Of a DNA stretch of 64,000 nucleotides, positions 1-14,061 are shown piece by piece. The translations under genes and the position numbers were made by a program. The notes under the pieces were generated by a model that did no database searches, was not told where the DNA came from, and saw only the letters and a program-made list of their open reading frames with translations. Each line of letters starts with the position of its first letter. Positions within the stretch are counted from its first letter, which is position 1. The DNA lies in the NCBI GenBank assembly GCA_030390025.1, contig CM059438.1:62374001-62438000 (forward strand), written 5' to 3'. The stretch is from Squalus acanthias (Eukaryota).

Positions 1-700
1 TCAGTCTTAAAAAGGTGGAAAAATTCATTTGTTTACTCAAACGCAGCCCTCTGCCAGATCTACTGAAGACTGTGCGCTGGAGGAATGAAGCTTGTAACAT
101 TGAACCTGACAGACTTCATTGTTTTGCTGTACTTTGATCCTTGAGAATTAATAACTCATGCTATCCAAGTTTGTTGCAATAACGTTTTTGGAACTGGGTG
201 TTTGAAGACATTATAAGCCATTGTTATAATGACGGCGGGGCCTTGGGAGAGCGGGGTCCAGACAGAGACCCGCGACCTCTGGTGGTTGCTCTCCCCTTTT
301 TAATGGGCAGTGCAGCACTGCTGCTGACGTGGCTCGTTGGAGGTCCAGTAACGAGGTGTTTTGATATCGCTGTGCTGTCGTGTTCGTATCACCGGCTCCC
401 AAAGTGCGAATCTGCCGCAGCTGCCAGCAACACCAAAGCAAGCTTGTTTGATTCAGTAAGGGCAGACCGGCAAAAGCAGTTTTTTTTTTAACTGTGTCTT
501 CCAGGCCATAACGAATGTGGCAAGTTTACTCTGCTATTGGTACTGGCCGCGCGAGTCCTGTGCGTAGGGAGCTGCTGGCCTTAACCCCGCAGTACAGTGA
601 TATAAAAGCAGGCAGAAGACCCACGTTTCCTGCTCTTGAGACACAAGAACACAAGAAAAGGCTGAGCCCGGGTGAAGCTTGCTTCTAATTTAAATTAACG

Positions 701-790
701 ACAGAAAGCGCTGGAAAAACTCAGCAGGCCAGGCAACATCCGTGGAGAGAGAAACAGAGTTGACGTTTCAGGTCGAAGACCCTTCGTCTT
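701..790 (-). mobile_element. Short Penelope-like (PLE) terminal-repeat fragment with partial hammerhead motif
   Basis: Same sequence as the PLE terminus at 30662-30760. Minus strand reads GACGA-A-GGGTC-TTC-GACCT-GAAA-CG-TC-AACT; the 5' CT of CTGA is lost. Confidence 0.7.
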
Positions 791-882
791 ATTGTCTGAT
801 GCCTGTACTGGTGGGAACACAGCAGTCCTGCCACCCACAGCACAATATTCACATAAAAGTGCCTTGGGACTTCTATGACATA

Positions 883-1407
883 GGGGGGGATTTTAACCCC
901 CACAAACAGGTGGGTTTGGTTTGGGTGGCCTGTATTAAAAAAAAAAAAAATCTGAAACCTGACCCAAACCCACCCACTTCCGGTTTTAATGGAGGTGGGA
1001 CGGGGGGGCGGGCAACCGACCAGGTTGGTCATTTAAATATTATAATGAGGTTTTGCGCCTCAGAATTAACCACCATTTTAAATTTAACCCTGGCTGACCC
1101 GGGAAACCCATCAGCTAAAGGGAGGCAAGGAGTGCTGGATCCAGGAGCTAAGTGCCTTTCCACTTTCCTGCTGGATCCAGTTTACTAGCTTTACCCAACC
1201 CCGCAATCAGACACCCCCTGACCCTTCCAATCTCTTTCCCCTCCCCCCCCCACCCCACGACACTGACCTTTCTGATCTCCTCCACCACCGGCCCTTCCGA
1301 TTGTTAAATTTGGCAGGAGCTGAGGGAAACCCATTCTTCCGGGTTTCCCAACCTCAAAACAGTCCCCGCCCCCACTCCCTCCCTGCCTCCGAGCTAATAT
1401 CCAGATC
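883..1407. mobile_element. Non-autonomous DNA transposon (Harbinger-type MITE), same family as 12887-13575
   Basis: Starts GGGGGGGATTTTAACCCC. Shares internal blocks (aaatttaac, cagctaaagggagg, tgttaaattt.gcagga, ccctccctgcctcc..taatatc) with 12887-13575. Confidence 0.6.
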
Positions 1408-4095
1408 TAGGCCATAGTTTCTGAGTCTTGCTTCAGTGGTGTTGAATGAGAGAAAGGGCAGCTGTTGACTGCAAGGTTTTTGCCCAAATTAAACTCTCAT
1501 AAACAATGAGGTGCTTGTATTTCTTCAGTATTATATTTCAACACCTTTTGAATAACTCGGACCTGACAATCTTTTGTGCTCGCAATACTTTGGGGCGGGG
1601 TGGGGGGGTGGGAAATATATTCCAAGTTTTGTGTCTAAAAGTGAATGTTGGTTTTCAGATTGGTTGGTGCTAATCTCAGTCAGCTGCCCAGAAATCAGAA
1701 GAAGCCATTGGACTGGCACAGCTGCCTGACAAAAGGAGTAAAGTATTTTACCCAGACTATGGGCCTGAATGGATGAGAAGAGCACTGCTGCGGCCTCTTC
1801 CTCTGCTTTATTCCCGCCTGGCGAAGAGTGTGGCTGAGGCTTCAGGTTGCTATTTGGGACATCCACATTTCAAACCACTGTATTCTCTGCCTTGCCATGA
1901 GATTGACTAGTTACACTTAAATGACAACAGCAAATTTATGCCATCAAAATCAAATATTAAAAGTTCTGCTCAAAATTTAACATAATTGAACATTCTGAGT
2001 TCCTCCAATAACTGGAGTGGTAAATGCAGCTCCAAGTTTGATATTGAGCAATACGGACCAGGAATGCTGCAAGTTTGATCCCTGGTGTGCACGATAAGAG
2101 AACAGAATTGGACTTGGTTCTGATTCCCTCAACCCTGTCGAACAGCCCTCCTAGCACTCTCTGTCCAGGCTCACACAGGGACATAGCCACTTGGGCATGG
2201 TAGTGGAAGGGTGACTGACATTTGTTGAATTGTAACCCAGAATAAGTTGGTGCGTTCAGGGGAGGAGGAGAGAAAATGGGGTGGGGGGAGGCAAGAGGAT
2301 GCATCTTAACTTTGGATTAAGGTGTTATGTGGCTGAAGACTGTATTCTATTTTTTTTTGAGATACTAAATTTTAGGGCCTCATTTAAGCGGCTGTTTCTT
2401 CTTCCACCTGGGTGTGATTTGCTTAGTGATAATTGCACTTACTGGGGTAGGTTGCCCTTGAGGCTGGCTGCAAGCTGCACAATCCATGTTGGCACTGAAG
2501 GGACAAATCAGCAACTATTTGCATTAATTTTGTAAACAACATTTCATAAGCTTCAAAGAATTTTTAAAACCCCAGCTGTCAGAATGGAATACAGGCCATT
2601 AGTAACACGTTTGTTTCAGCTTCTGGGCGGTTGTCATAGAGACAAGTTCTCTGCGTGCGCCAGGATCCATTAGCCGAAGCGTAAAGGCTTTTGAGAGTGA
2701 AATAAGGTTTCCAGCTCTAGCCAAGTGAAATTGCCTGAATCCCCAAGGAATGATAATAAGTGACTATATTTCAGCGGCCTGTGTAACTTAGTATAGTTTG
2801 CTTGCATTGCCATTGGTTTTATGTTCTGAGGCAAATTTTGCTGACAGCAAATAGCCTTGTTTTTCTTCCTGTATGCTTCTCCGCACTCTTCCCCAAGGAA
2901 AAGGAACAAGGGCATAACGAAAATAGTGTTTGTTCTGGCACAGTGCACCTTCTCTGTCTCCCGATATCTAGCAAGAAGAAAAATATTGATAGGTGGCCAG
3001 TTATATGGCTTCAGGTAAAATGTAAACTGAAAAGCGTTAATTTGTATCTTGTGGAGTTTAGAGAGCTCTCAGCCAGGCAAGCTGCCGTTTGTAATGTCTT
3101 TGATGATAACTGGTTTGTGATCCACCAGTAGGCCTGAGACTAATGCCTTGCGCCATCTTGTAGCCAGTGTACTCCCATATGTCCCTCATAACATACGCAC
3201 TCCTTAGGCTGAAGTTTTTAATCAGACTCAAGATTCCTTTTTCGTGTTGACTCATATCAAAATATTTTCTACCTTTTTGAGCTGTGATCATCAGAGTGGG
3301 AGATGACCATACTGATGAGTTGGTTACTGCACATACCCAGCACCCAGTGCATGGTAGTGAGGCGATTGTAACTTGATGGTAAAGCACGAAATATGAACTT
3401 TATCCTATCTGCTAATAGGACGGAATAACTCCCAAGTGTCACACACCCTGCTAATGTGACATTTTACAACAATCGCTCCTGTTCTCTGCCTTCTTCACAA
3501 TAAATGAAAGAACCTTGCTTTAAGCTTCTAAATTTGACTTTAAATAATGTTTAAACTATAATTTCCAGAAATAGTGCAGACGGTTTTCTGTCGTCTTAAA
3601 GGTGCTAGCTACTGTTTGCGCTTGCTCACAGGTGGTCTAGAGCACCGTTGTAATGTTTAGCTGCCAACCTGGCATAGCCCTTTTAAGGCCAGTGCTCAGG
3701 TACTTGTGTGGGAGGACTGCTATAAATAGAACCTGAGGTCAGTTGAGGCTAATTACTTTTAAGATTGATTTGTTGATGTTTTATGCAAAGTATGATGAAT
3801 CTATTTATTTTCAGACTATCACAGCAGTTCATTGTCAGAAAAGAGATTTATAATTAATTCAGTCAGCAAAGCTTTAAATAAACCAGTATGTAAATGTAGC
3901 CTTACACAGCAGACTTAGGATATTGGGACAAATTATGCTGTCACAACAGTGCAAATGTTTCTTCAGTGTTAAAAATGTATTTAAAAGACAGATTTTTTTC
4001 CATGAATGCTCCAAGATCAGGATCTTTATCCTGGAGTATTAACTTGTCGGAATGACTTTGTTTTTAGCTTCTTGACCCTTTAATTGACTTTATAT

Positions 4096-4232
4096 CATAG
4101 AATGATACAGCACAGAAGGAGGCCATTCAGCCCATCGTGCCTGTGCCGGCTCTTTTGCTAGAACTATCCACTTAATCCCACTTCTCTGCTCTTTCCCCAT
4201 AGCCCTGTAATTTTTTTCCCTTCAAGTATTTA
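4096..4232 (-). mobile_element. CR1 LINE 3' end fragment
   Basis: Reverse complement of the CR1 tail seen at 58930-59072 (catagaatg..acagcacagaaggaggccattc). Confidence 0.75.
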
Positions 4233-5409
4233 AACTTGAAGTATATGTTACACGAATTATACCATGTGATCCTTATGCAAATAAGATTGGGGTTTTGAAA
4301 ATACAATTAAATGCCCTGATGGGAGAATTATTGTACTAGAGGATGACCTTTGATGGGCTTTCCTAGTCACTGACTTTTCTTGTGTTCTGAGTGGAGCTCA
4401 GATGTGTGTATAAAGCATGTTGCTTGCTGGTATCTAACTAGTCACCAACCACTCCACATGGATTCTATCTCTTTTCCCCCGTGGTGGTTTGATTGATTGA
4501 TTGAGCCCCGTCCCAACTGTATCCTGGTTTGGATTGGCAAAATTGGCAAAAACAAAAATGATCTCTGAAAAAAAATGTTCAGTTTTGTAAATAAGGAACG
4601 TGTGAAGAACAGTACAGAAAAAATCAAAATCAAAATTGTTGTCAGGATTAAAATATACCAGTGTTGAGCTTGCACTGTGAAATAGCCATTACCTGGACTT
4701 TTTCCTTCTGTCAGTAGCAATATCTGAAAATAGGAATTGCAAACAAGAGCCATTAGCAGCCAGGGAAAATTTACAAGTAAAATGTTTTTTAGAATAAAAT
4801 AAACTATTCACAGAACAAGTAAATTCTAAATTGCCCCGCATATGTAAAGGAGACCTAATTCACCAGCCCTGTGGTGTGCGTGTTCACTGCACTGCTGAGC
4901 ACTTGCTAAAGTAGCACTTTTGCAATTAGCTTTTTTTTATAAAGTAATCTTATGGAACAGAGCATGATACTAAATAAGGAGTTACTTCCTGTATTGTATT
5001 TTAGTGTCATGGTAAGATGTGCTGCTACTGGTTCCTATGAAGCAGTCTAGCTGACCCTTCAATACTGGAAAGGGTGACTGAAAGCTTTGATAGCTTAGTC
5101 TGTGCATTTGTTGCCTGCGCGTTCTTCCTGAACAGTGACTAAAAGCCATTGATGTTTAGCACTGCAGGCATATTTGTGCAAATGCCAAATTACAGTAAAT
5201 GGCATTAACTCTGAGTGCTCTTGTTCCCTACATTAAGTATACTGTGTTATCCTGCGGACTGTTTGGGGTCCTTGGTTGCTATTCAAACAGTGCTGCAGTT
5301 ATTTTTGCCCACTTTTTATGTTCCCCATGGATGAATTGGGTCCAAAGTAGCAGAAGCATTAGACCATTACAAAAAAAGGGGACACAAAATAGATGAGTAA
5401 GGGTAGTGC

Positions 5410-5820
5410 AACACCAACTTCCATTTATATAGTGCTTTTAATGTAGTAAAATGTCCTCAGGTGCTTCACAGGAGTATAATGTACCATGACAAGCCGCAAC
5501 TGTGAAAAGAAATGTAAAACAATAATAAAAAGTCACAGGACCATAATCTGACAAAAATTTACACCGAGCCAAAGAAGGAGACATTAGGATAGGTGACAAA
5601 ATGCTTGATTAAAGAGGTAGGTTTTAAGCAGCCTCTTAAAGAAAGCGAGTGAGGTGGAGAGGCAAAGAGGTTTGGGGAATGAATTTGAGACGAAAGAAGT
5701 GGGGGATGCACAAAAGACCAGAGTTGGAGGAACTCCGAGTTCTTGGAGGGTTGTAGGGCTGGAGGAAGTCACAGGGATAGGGGCTGGCGAGGCCATGGAG
5801 GGATTTGAACATGAGGATAC
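5410..5820 (-). mobile_element. L2 LINE 3' fragment
   Basis: Minus strand translates to L2 ORF2 C-terminus (FKSLHGLASPY; FKRLLKTYLFNQAF). Similar to 14062-14470. Confidence 0.8.
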
Positions 5821-8337
5821 CATACCGTGATTTAACAATTTGTCGCCGAAAACCTTCCATTGATCTACAATTTAAGCTTCGAACTACTTCCAGGTCTCTG
5901 TTCTATTGCTTCATCCAAACAACATTAAAAAAAAAGAATTAGTCATTTTAAATGGGGTTGGACAAAAGAAAAATTTAAGTAACCTCATCTTGTTTGTGGA
6001 GAAGCTGCCAGCTTCACCTACCCAGTTGCCTTGAATATTACTTACATGAAGTTGGGTAGAAACGTTGGAGTTAAATTGCGAGCAGCTCCTTCCAGTCTTT
6101 AGATACCAGATTGGAATTAATTTCTTACACCCAAGAGGTATTTACAATGTTGTGTGTGGTGGACAAATTGCAAAACTTCCATTTTGTTTCTTTTTTTTAA
6201 ATCCATTGACTAACCTGAATCACAAAGGAGCACTATTCAAAGGTTAGATTACTACAGATTTGTTTTGAGAATGGCAAAATCTGCTAACGGTACTTTTCAG
6301 AATGAGAATATAATTTTTATTAGGCATATGGAGTCTTGAGACTGCATGAGGACAGCAGCTAGCTAAAAAAAAAATACTAAGGAGCTCTTCACCTCTGAAA
6401 CATGTGTTCAAATCCACTGCAGGATGGTGGGTTGATGATCTCCTCTGTCTGCTGTTTGGGAAAGCAGTGCTTGTGCCCTCCCAGCACTGGTCTACCCAAT
6501 CTACTGCTACTGTTCTGGTTGCAGGCCTATTAAAGCCTGTTCTGTAAAGGGACACCTGCACTGTATGCATTTTTTGCAACTATGCGCAAACTGGAAGCGT
6601 GCCATCATGACCTAGCAATGTCACTACTCACATCGTTGCGTTTACAGCGAGCCAGGGAATAATCAGATCTTCATGCACATGCACACCAGAACTGACTCTG
6701 TATGTTTGGAAAGAAGGTTAAGGAGATGCAGAATCCAGCAGCTCGTGGGACTGAGGAAATATTGGGCCTCCAAATCTGTTTTCTATCTCCTTCGCCAACG
6801 CTAACCTGATGTGTTTTCAGCATTTTCTGTTGTTATTTCAGTTTTATTTTAATCCCTACTGTTAAGTAGCAGTGTGGAAAGTATTTTGATTTAAATTCCA
6901 ATCGCTTTGTAAATGTGCTCTGGATAGATGTATTAAGATGCGCCAAATGGCCTCACCCATAAGTATCTTCTAGGCTTGTGTGCATTCCCTCTGAAATCTA
7001 TAACTTATTAGAGTAGTAAATGTTCCACTATTGGCCACACTAATGGAGTATTGGAAATGGAGTGGCCTGTTGGCTGATTGCTTCATTCTGATTTATAACT
7101 GGTTCTGAATAATGGTATGTATCCCTTTCACTTGTTTATCTTCTACTTGTAATTCTCACAGCAACTCCCATGAAGAACTGTTTTGCTACCAGTACTGATT
7201 TACTATACTGTTTTTCACCGATGTCCTGAACACTGGCCCTTTCTTCGAAAATACAAACAATATGCTGTTTTGATCAATATCTCGAGTGTATTGCTTCACT
7301 GTCAATGCATTTGATTGTACATTTCGACTGGTAAATAAGGCAATCCAATTGTTGTCCTTTGAGAGCCAAGCAGGTCTTCAGAGAACACATGCATGATAAT
7401 GTGCTTGCATTACAAAGCCACATAGTCTGTATTACAAATCAGCCCGCAACAAACTACTGCTGTGGAAATGTCTGTCTAAAACCGTTTTTTCATGATGGCT
7501 TTCTCATTCCTTGTGGTAATTGTTTAGCCTGGTATTTACTTCGGCTGTTACACCTCATTTGAAGCTTTGCCACATTCACAGTAGGATGCGAGTCCTCATA
7601 GGCATTGCCTTGTCAGATGGCTTTCTCTGCTGTTGACTTCACGTCCTCTCTCAGTCACTTCTGTCCTGAAATATCTGCAGCCAAGGCATTAACTTATTTT
7701 CTTCAATTTCCCCACCTCACTCCTACTGGATTTTCTCCCATTACTGTATCTCTGCTGATGGGCATTTGATACCCTGTGCTGGGGTGCATTTCAGTGTCAT
7801 CAACAGCTCCCTGCAATCTCGTCAAAAGTGCCATTTGCAAATATGAGCCAAGATAGTGAATGTGGGCAAGCGTGCTCAACCTGGCCCAGCCCTCACCCAG
7901 TATCAGTGTCAGTGTACTACTGTATATAGCAGGGATCATAGGGAGTGGGTGCCCTGGCTGAATTGGCCCTCCCCTAGCTTGGAGATGTAGAGAATAATTT
8001 ATGCTCCCACTGCCACCAGTGAACTTGGCATAGAGCAGCTTTGAAGCTGCAAAGCAAAATATCTGACATGAGCAGTATACCATGCTGACACCAGTGATTC
8101 CATTAATCTCCAGATTAATCCCTAGATTGTTGCTAGATTGCCAGGGACCAGGCACCCCTGCCATGATGGTCAGGAAGCATCAAGAGAAGTAAGGAAAATG
8201 ACAGAGTGCATCCAAGAGGGAGATGATATGCCCCTGTTAAGCTGAACTTAATTTAGATAAAAGTAGAAATAACTGAATGTGATTCTAAACAAAAATTGTT
8301 TAGCTACAGTCATCCTGATGGTATTGTTTTGAAAAGC

Positions 8338-8720
8338 TCCCTGATGGCCTAGTGAGTAAAGGCCGTGCCGGTTTTGTACTGATCCATATAGACCAGAAGG
8401 CCACCAGTTCAATTCCCCAGTCTGTGCTAGGTTACCTGCTCTCAACAGGGGCAGCAGTCAGAGCACCAGAGCTGGCCTCGGTGTCTCTGGGCTAGGAGGG
8501 GGGAAATCCATTAGGGTTCCATTCCCACTCCTGATCAGTATCCAGTAACTCCTGTTGATTAGGCTTTACTGTGATGGCCTCTGCAGTAGAATATCCTGCC
8601 AACACTCGGTGGGTGCAATAATCTCTTGGGTAAGATATCAGTGGTGGTTTTGGTGTCTTTGGAACCTTGCCCCAGCACAAGTCAGCATCTTCAGGAGAGG
8701 AGAAAAGGGGGTACAGATTG
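8338..8720 (+). mobile_element. Old tRNA-derived SINE (AmnSINE2-like family)
   Basis: Shares blocks with many copies in the window (actgagccatacagaccag, ctgggctagg, agggttcc, cagcaccttcaggagagg). Family name is from recalled consensus. Confidence 0.55.
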
Positions 8721-9262
8721 GTGGGGAAGAAATTGAGAGAGAGAACTAATGCAGAATTCTACTCTTTTTTTAAACCTGCAGTGCAAAGTTTTGTGACGCT
8801 GTTAAAGCTTCCACCCCCTGCCCCCAACCATTTCCTCTTTCTAATAAGTGATGCTGCATTTGTGACATTTACTATTGACATCTGATGGACCTGGATGGGA
8901 GTCTGCATTCTAGCATGTGACTCAGCACTGTGCTGTGTGCTTCACAGTGGCACCAATTGAAGCGATAGTGTCACATCAAAGAAAGCCACATATAACATTT
9001 AAGAAACAAATCTAGCAAACCCCTACATTATCTTTTCATGTTACACTGAGATTGTCTTCAACAAACGCTTTCATGTTGCAGAGGTTGTTATAGCACCCTG
9101 TTGTCTTTATATTGAAATATTGCAGGCAAATGAATGATTCTGTATCCCACTGAAAGTAAAAGACTGTGCTCCAATTCTAGTTATTACAGCTTTTCATAGC
9201 TTCTGTGCTGACTTGGCCACCAGTATGTCAAACATCAGTACAGATTAAAACTATAACCAACA

Positions 9263-10045
9263 GGGGACTGCGTAGTGCAGTGGGTTAGTGTCCGTATCCT
9301 AACTCACACCAAGTCCCGTTCACCCATCACCCCTGTGCTAGCTGACCTACATTGGCTCCCAGTCCGGCAATGCCTCGATTTTAAAATTCTCATCCTTGTT
9401 TTCAAATTCCCCTATGGCCACACCCTTCCCTATCTCTGTGACCTCCTCCACCCCTACAACCCTCCAAGATCTTCGCACTCCTCCAATTCTGGCCTCTTGC
9501 GAATCCTTGATTTTAGTCGCTCGATTGTTGGCGGCCGTGCCTTCAGCCACCTAGCCCCTAAGCTCTGGAATTTCCTCCCTAAGCCTCTCCACCTCTCTCC
9601 TCTTTTAAGACACTCCTTAAAACCTACCTCTTTGACCAAGATTTTGGTTACCTCCTTATGTGGCTTGGTGTCAAATTTTATTAACTCTCCTGTGAAGCCC
9701 CGTGAGACATTTTACTACGTTGGCGCACACTGGGCTTTGACCCATGGGAACCTGGCTTGGAAGCTAGCCCAGCCTGATGGATTGAAACTTTCCTCCATCT
9801 GTTGGCTGTAAAGGTCTGTGAAATAAGCTTTGGCAGTCTTAACCTAATTTTTCATGGGCATAATCTAACAGTACAAAACTTCCACAACTGAGAATTAATT
9901 GGCCACGTGGCTGTTAAAAATGGCAAGTATCACACTAATGTGGTAGTAGGTGCATTTAGGAGGTTGGTATATTTGACTTGAGAATGCTGGAAATAGGAAT
10001 GGGTTCCCTTCCTCAGTGCTAAGGTCCCTCACCCAAAGCACAAAA
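9263..10045 (+). mobile_element. LF-SINE-like tRNA-derived SINE, interrupted by an L2 fragment
   Basis: Head GGGGACTGCGTAGTGCAGTGG resumes after 9721 with tagcccag..ccatctgttggctg..tgtgaaataag..acaaaac..taattggc, collinear with the recalled LF-SINE consensus. Confidence 0.55.
9289..9721 (+). mobile_element. L2 LINE 3' fragment
   Basis: ORF 9275-9811 contains PITPVLADLHWLPV..FKILILVFK..GGRAFS..APKLWN, a typical L2 ORF2 C-terminus. Confidence 0.85.
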
Positions 10046-10054
10046 TTCACCAAT

Positions 10055-10305
10055 ACCTTGATAGCTCAGTGGGTAAATACATGGCTTGGTGTGACACTGA
10101 GCCAAATGGACCAGGAAGGCTCTCATCTAGTCTGAGAAAGCTAAGCTTGCACACGAAGGATGGCAGTGGGGGGTGAGGGCGCGGAGGGGCGAAGCGAGGC
10201 GAGGCATGGCAATTGAAGAGTACTGGAGGCTTACTGGTACCCATAGACCATACCTTAGCATGAGTCGGTGCTTCATGAAATATGAGGAGAAAATTGGGAG
10301 AGATG
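10055..10305 (+). mobile_element. AmnSINE2-like SINE (internally deleted)
   Basis: tRNA-like head GATAGCTCAGTGGGTAAA, then actgagcc..gaccaggaagg, and the family 3' end gaggagaaaattggg. Confidence 0.5.
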
Positions 10306-12149
10306 GGTGGCATATTTTATTAAGTATAAACCCCAAAATAAGGCATTGAACACATTTAAGCTCTACTGAAGTCTCACTGATCAGGACAGTATAATATCTG
10401 TATGACCTGCTGGTGAAACTAGTCAAGTTACGATTTTGACTGTATCCAATTCTGATTCTTTTGCATTATACTGAACACACACTGTAGCTGACATGTTTGA
10501 TGTACAGATTCTTGATAGACATTTGACGACACTCTGTTATACTAGGCAGGTGTTTGAAAAATTTTATTCTTTGGTGATTTTGTTATCTTCAGTTAAACTA
10601 TGCACCGTTTCATGAGTGAAAAATAGACGGACATTATTTCTCTGCCAATGCTGCTCTGTATAATGCCACATGGCTGCAGTAACTCTTCCTATCCTTCATG
10701 CATTCTGGCTTACCTCAGAACTGTACAAAGCTTCTCCTCCAGCCACAAATTCATCTTGTACACACAAGATTACAAGTTATATATTTTTTTGCCAATTTTT
10801 CCGCCCACCCCCCACCCCACCCCAGCTCCTTTCCTGAATGCATAGCAGCCTGTCCTCACTCACTTTCCCTGCACATGCTTCCACCAGGGCTCAATGGACA
10901 GCAATCAGCAATGGGAACCCTAGTTGATTTTCCTCTCCCTAACACGGTACTGAGGTCAATTGTACCTCCTAACTGCGGCCCCTCAGAGATCAACTAACTC
11001 GGCGTAAATTAAGCAACTTAATTGCAATTGCGGAACAATCCTATGTTGTGATACTAGGCTGTAGAGATGAGAATGGTCCCAAGTTTGATCTTGTACTGAG
11101 CAGCCAGGGGAGCACTACAGTTAGGCTCCGTACTCCCTGAGGGGAAAAGTTATCCAGTTGTGAATCACCCACCATCTTCAGAAGAGAAGAAAATGGGAGG
11201 CAAGTGGAAGAAGGGGATAAAATTAGCAATTTAATGATCCCCTGCTGCAAAATGGTCATGCATGGATGTATGGTAAAGAGAGGATCAGGCTCTACTGTGA
11301 TAGCCTTCGCAGTCACTTAGCTCGCTCACTCTAGTAACTACCTGATTTACCTGACCTTCTTTCCTGTGTGTGTTTTTTAAACTTCTGGTGGAGTATTGCA
11401 CAATGGGCCTTGGGCCTTCAAAGACTGAGATTCACTGTCCATGATGAGAGAGGGAGGTGGAAAGGCAGAGGGGTTTAGGGAGGGAATTGCCTCTGGTGTG
11501 CTTTGGATGGGGTACTGCAGGGCCTCTGGCATTTGTGCAACCAGAGCCCAGCACGAGTCATCCAGCACCTTCAGAAGAGGAGGAAATGGGAGACAAGTGG
11601 AAGAAGGGGAACAAAATCAACTTGATAAAGTTAAGTTTGTGTTTAAATACACAAGTTGTGTTTTTTTTGGTCTGGGTAGAGCTCTCTCTCTCTCTCTCTC
11701 TCTCTTCTGCCTCGAGTTGGGTCTCGCTGAGTTCCAAGGTATATCTGTACAAGCATATGACCTGTCATCAGACAGTGCAACTCGTATGATGCCATTCAAT
11801 GTACTGTGCCACTAAGTCATACAATCTGAGTACAGTGCAGAATTTGTAATGCACAGGGCTTCAAACGGTGGGAAAAAGTATTGCACCTGTATCCATCCGG
11901 CTGCAAACTCACTGTCTGTACCTATTACTTGCCGATATTGACTTTCTCCTCATGTTTCCAGATGTATATGTGTTCAAACTCGTGCGAATATTCTGGTGAA
12001 AGAGGTGGATTAACCTCGTGACTATATCCTTGATGCTACAGTAGGTTACGTGGAGACGCATGAAACCATCGTACAGTTGGTGGCGAGAGAATGTTGTCCT
12101 CTGCCAGCAAAAACTAAGAACTGAAATTTGCATTAACTAATGCAGATTA

Positions 12150-12470
12150 GCCGGCTTGATGGTGTGTAACTGAGCCATTCAAACCAGAAGGTGCTAGGTT
12201 TGATGCCACACCCGTGCTGAGCTTGCTGGTCCTAGCTGGGGTTGTTGTGGAAGAGCTAAAAAATTGGCCTCAGCAGCACTCTTGGGCTAGGAAAAGTAAA
12301 ATTCAGCCAGGGTGCCTGCTCCTTTCATGCCCAAATAGCCTACTCACATTCACCATGAAGTGATGGGAAGAATGCTCAATTGGGTAAGATACAGGAGGGT
12401 GACTGGTGCCAGTGACACCATATCCCAGAATGAGTTGGTGCTTTTTGGAGAGAAAGGGGAAAATTAATCT
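12150..12470 (+). mobile_element. AmnSINE2-like SINE
   Basis: actgagccattcaaaccagaagg..aattggcctcagc..gggctagg..cagccagggtgcctgctcc; matches the 8338 and 47570 copies. Confidence 0.55.
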
Positions 12471-12824
12471 TGCCTTTTTTTTTAACATCTGGGGAAAAAA
12501 TGAAATGTGGTAATTTTCACTTTGCTTCGAACTTAACTTTGAATCTAATAATAGTGAATTATTTTCTCTTGTAATCCTGCTGAGGACATTTTTCATTCTA
12601 ACCCATGCTGACTGGCTTTATTTGTCATTAATCAGGAATAATCTTAGCTGACATTTTTTTAAAGATTGTGCCAGAAGTATTCATGTTTTAACAGTGGTTG
12701 CTGTCTGGTCTAGTTAAACTCGCAGACAAGTAAATTACTCAAGTCATTGTAAATTATTAGTATCAGTGTCGTAGTAGCTGCCATTTTTATCAGCTTTACC
12801 ATTTAAAGCTCTTTAAGTGTCATG

Positions 12825-13915
12825 ACGACTCAGTTAGCAACACTCCTCATCATCGAGTCAGAAGCCCCGCTCCAGGACCTGAACACGGGGGGCGTTTTAA
12901 CCCCCCCCTCCCCCGCCACGATAGATGGGGTGGGGGGGTTAATTGGCAAATATGTGAAACTTGACCCTAACCTGCCGCAAAGACACCTACTTCCAGTTTA
13001 ACCGCAGTGGGTTTTGAAGCATCTGAGTTACCCGCTCTGGAGAGGCGGGTCCGTGATTATAATATGTTGCTGAGGCTTCCTTCCTCAGATTTTGGCAGCC
13101 ATTTAAATTTAACACTGTCCGGACAGGTTTCCCATGACTCGGGAGACCTGCCAGCTAAAGGGAGGTGGGAACAACCAGATCAAGCAGGTAAATGCTTTTC
13201 ATAGCACTACTTGTGGGCCAGGAGGAGCAGGAGTGCTCCCCTAGCCCCTCAAGCAAATCTTCTGCTGCGATCGACCGACGTCCCCCACGAGCTGCCGACC
13301 CTTCCCCACTATGCCCTTGATCTTTCCCCCTCTCGCTGCCACGCTCTGAGCCGCCCCCCCCCCCCCCCCCCCCCAACCATGCCCTGATCTTTTCTGATTG
13401 CTGGGAACCATCCTACTCAATCTGACTTGGCTGCTGAGTGGGAAACAGTAAAACAATTATAATGAGGTTCTGCTGTTAAATTTAGCAGGACCTCCGCATT
13501 CCCGGCATTCCCGGATTTCCCCATCACAAACATGCACCCCCGTTCCCTCCCTGCCTCCCCGTAAATATCGGGACCAAAATCTAGGCTGATACTCCAGTGG
13601 AGTACTAAGGGAGTGCTGCAATGCCAGAGGTGCTATCCTTCACATGAGACACGCCTGTTCCGGTGGATGTTAGAGATTCCATGGTACTATGGAATCTTTA
13701 ACATCTACCTGAATTACCGGAACATGGAGCTGACCTGGGCCTGGAGCTAATTTTTTTTGCCTTTGGTCAACAGCACCAAAATAGATAAACTGGTTATTCG
13801 TTGCTGTTTTTGGGGGAAATTGCAGTGTGCAACATGGCCAGCTCATTGATTATGTAGGTACAGCGTCTGCACTTCAAAGCAGATGTGATGAGGTTCTATA
13901 TATATGCAAGTTCTT
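12825..13915 (+). mobile_element. Deu-domain SINE (SacSINE1-like) split by a MITE
   Basis: gagtcagaag..ctccagg..gaacac | aaaatctaggctga.. rejoins across 12887-13575 to match the intact copies at 19405 and 43455. Confidence 0.7.
12887..13575. mobile_element. Non-autonomous DNA transposon (Harbinger-type MITE)
   Basis: Precisely interrupts a SINE. Degenerate inverted ends GGGGGGCGTTTTAAC / GTAAATATCGGGACC. No clean TSD visible. Confidence 0.65.
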
Positions 13916-14061
13916 AATGAAAAGCGCCTTACTTTTGGGATCTAATCCCAATAGAAATACTTTTTGTTGCAGTGACCCTCTCTCCTTAAAAAAAAAAGAA
14001 TGTGACTTTTTCAGGTTTATCCTGAAATTTATTGGCTGGAAAAATTATTACTTTCCCTCAT

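Noticed and set aside
215..605. CpG-rich block that might be a MITE or promoter
   Set aside because: Only weak end symmetry (gcgggg/ccccgc) and no TSD; not supportable.
11940..12020. Possible host exon after the acceptor-like ctttctcctcatgtttccag
   Set aside because: All frames stop quickly, there is no convincing donor, and I recognise no protein.
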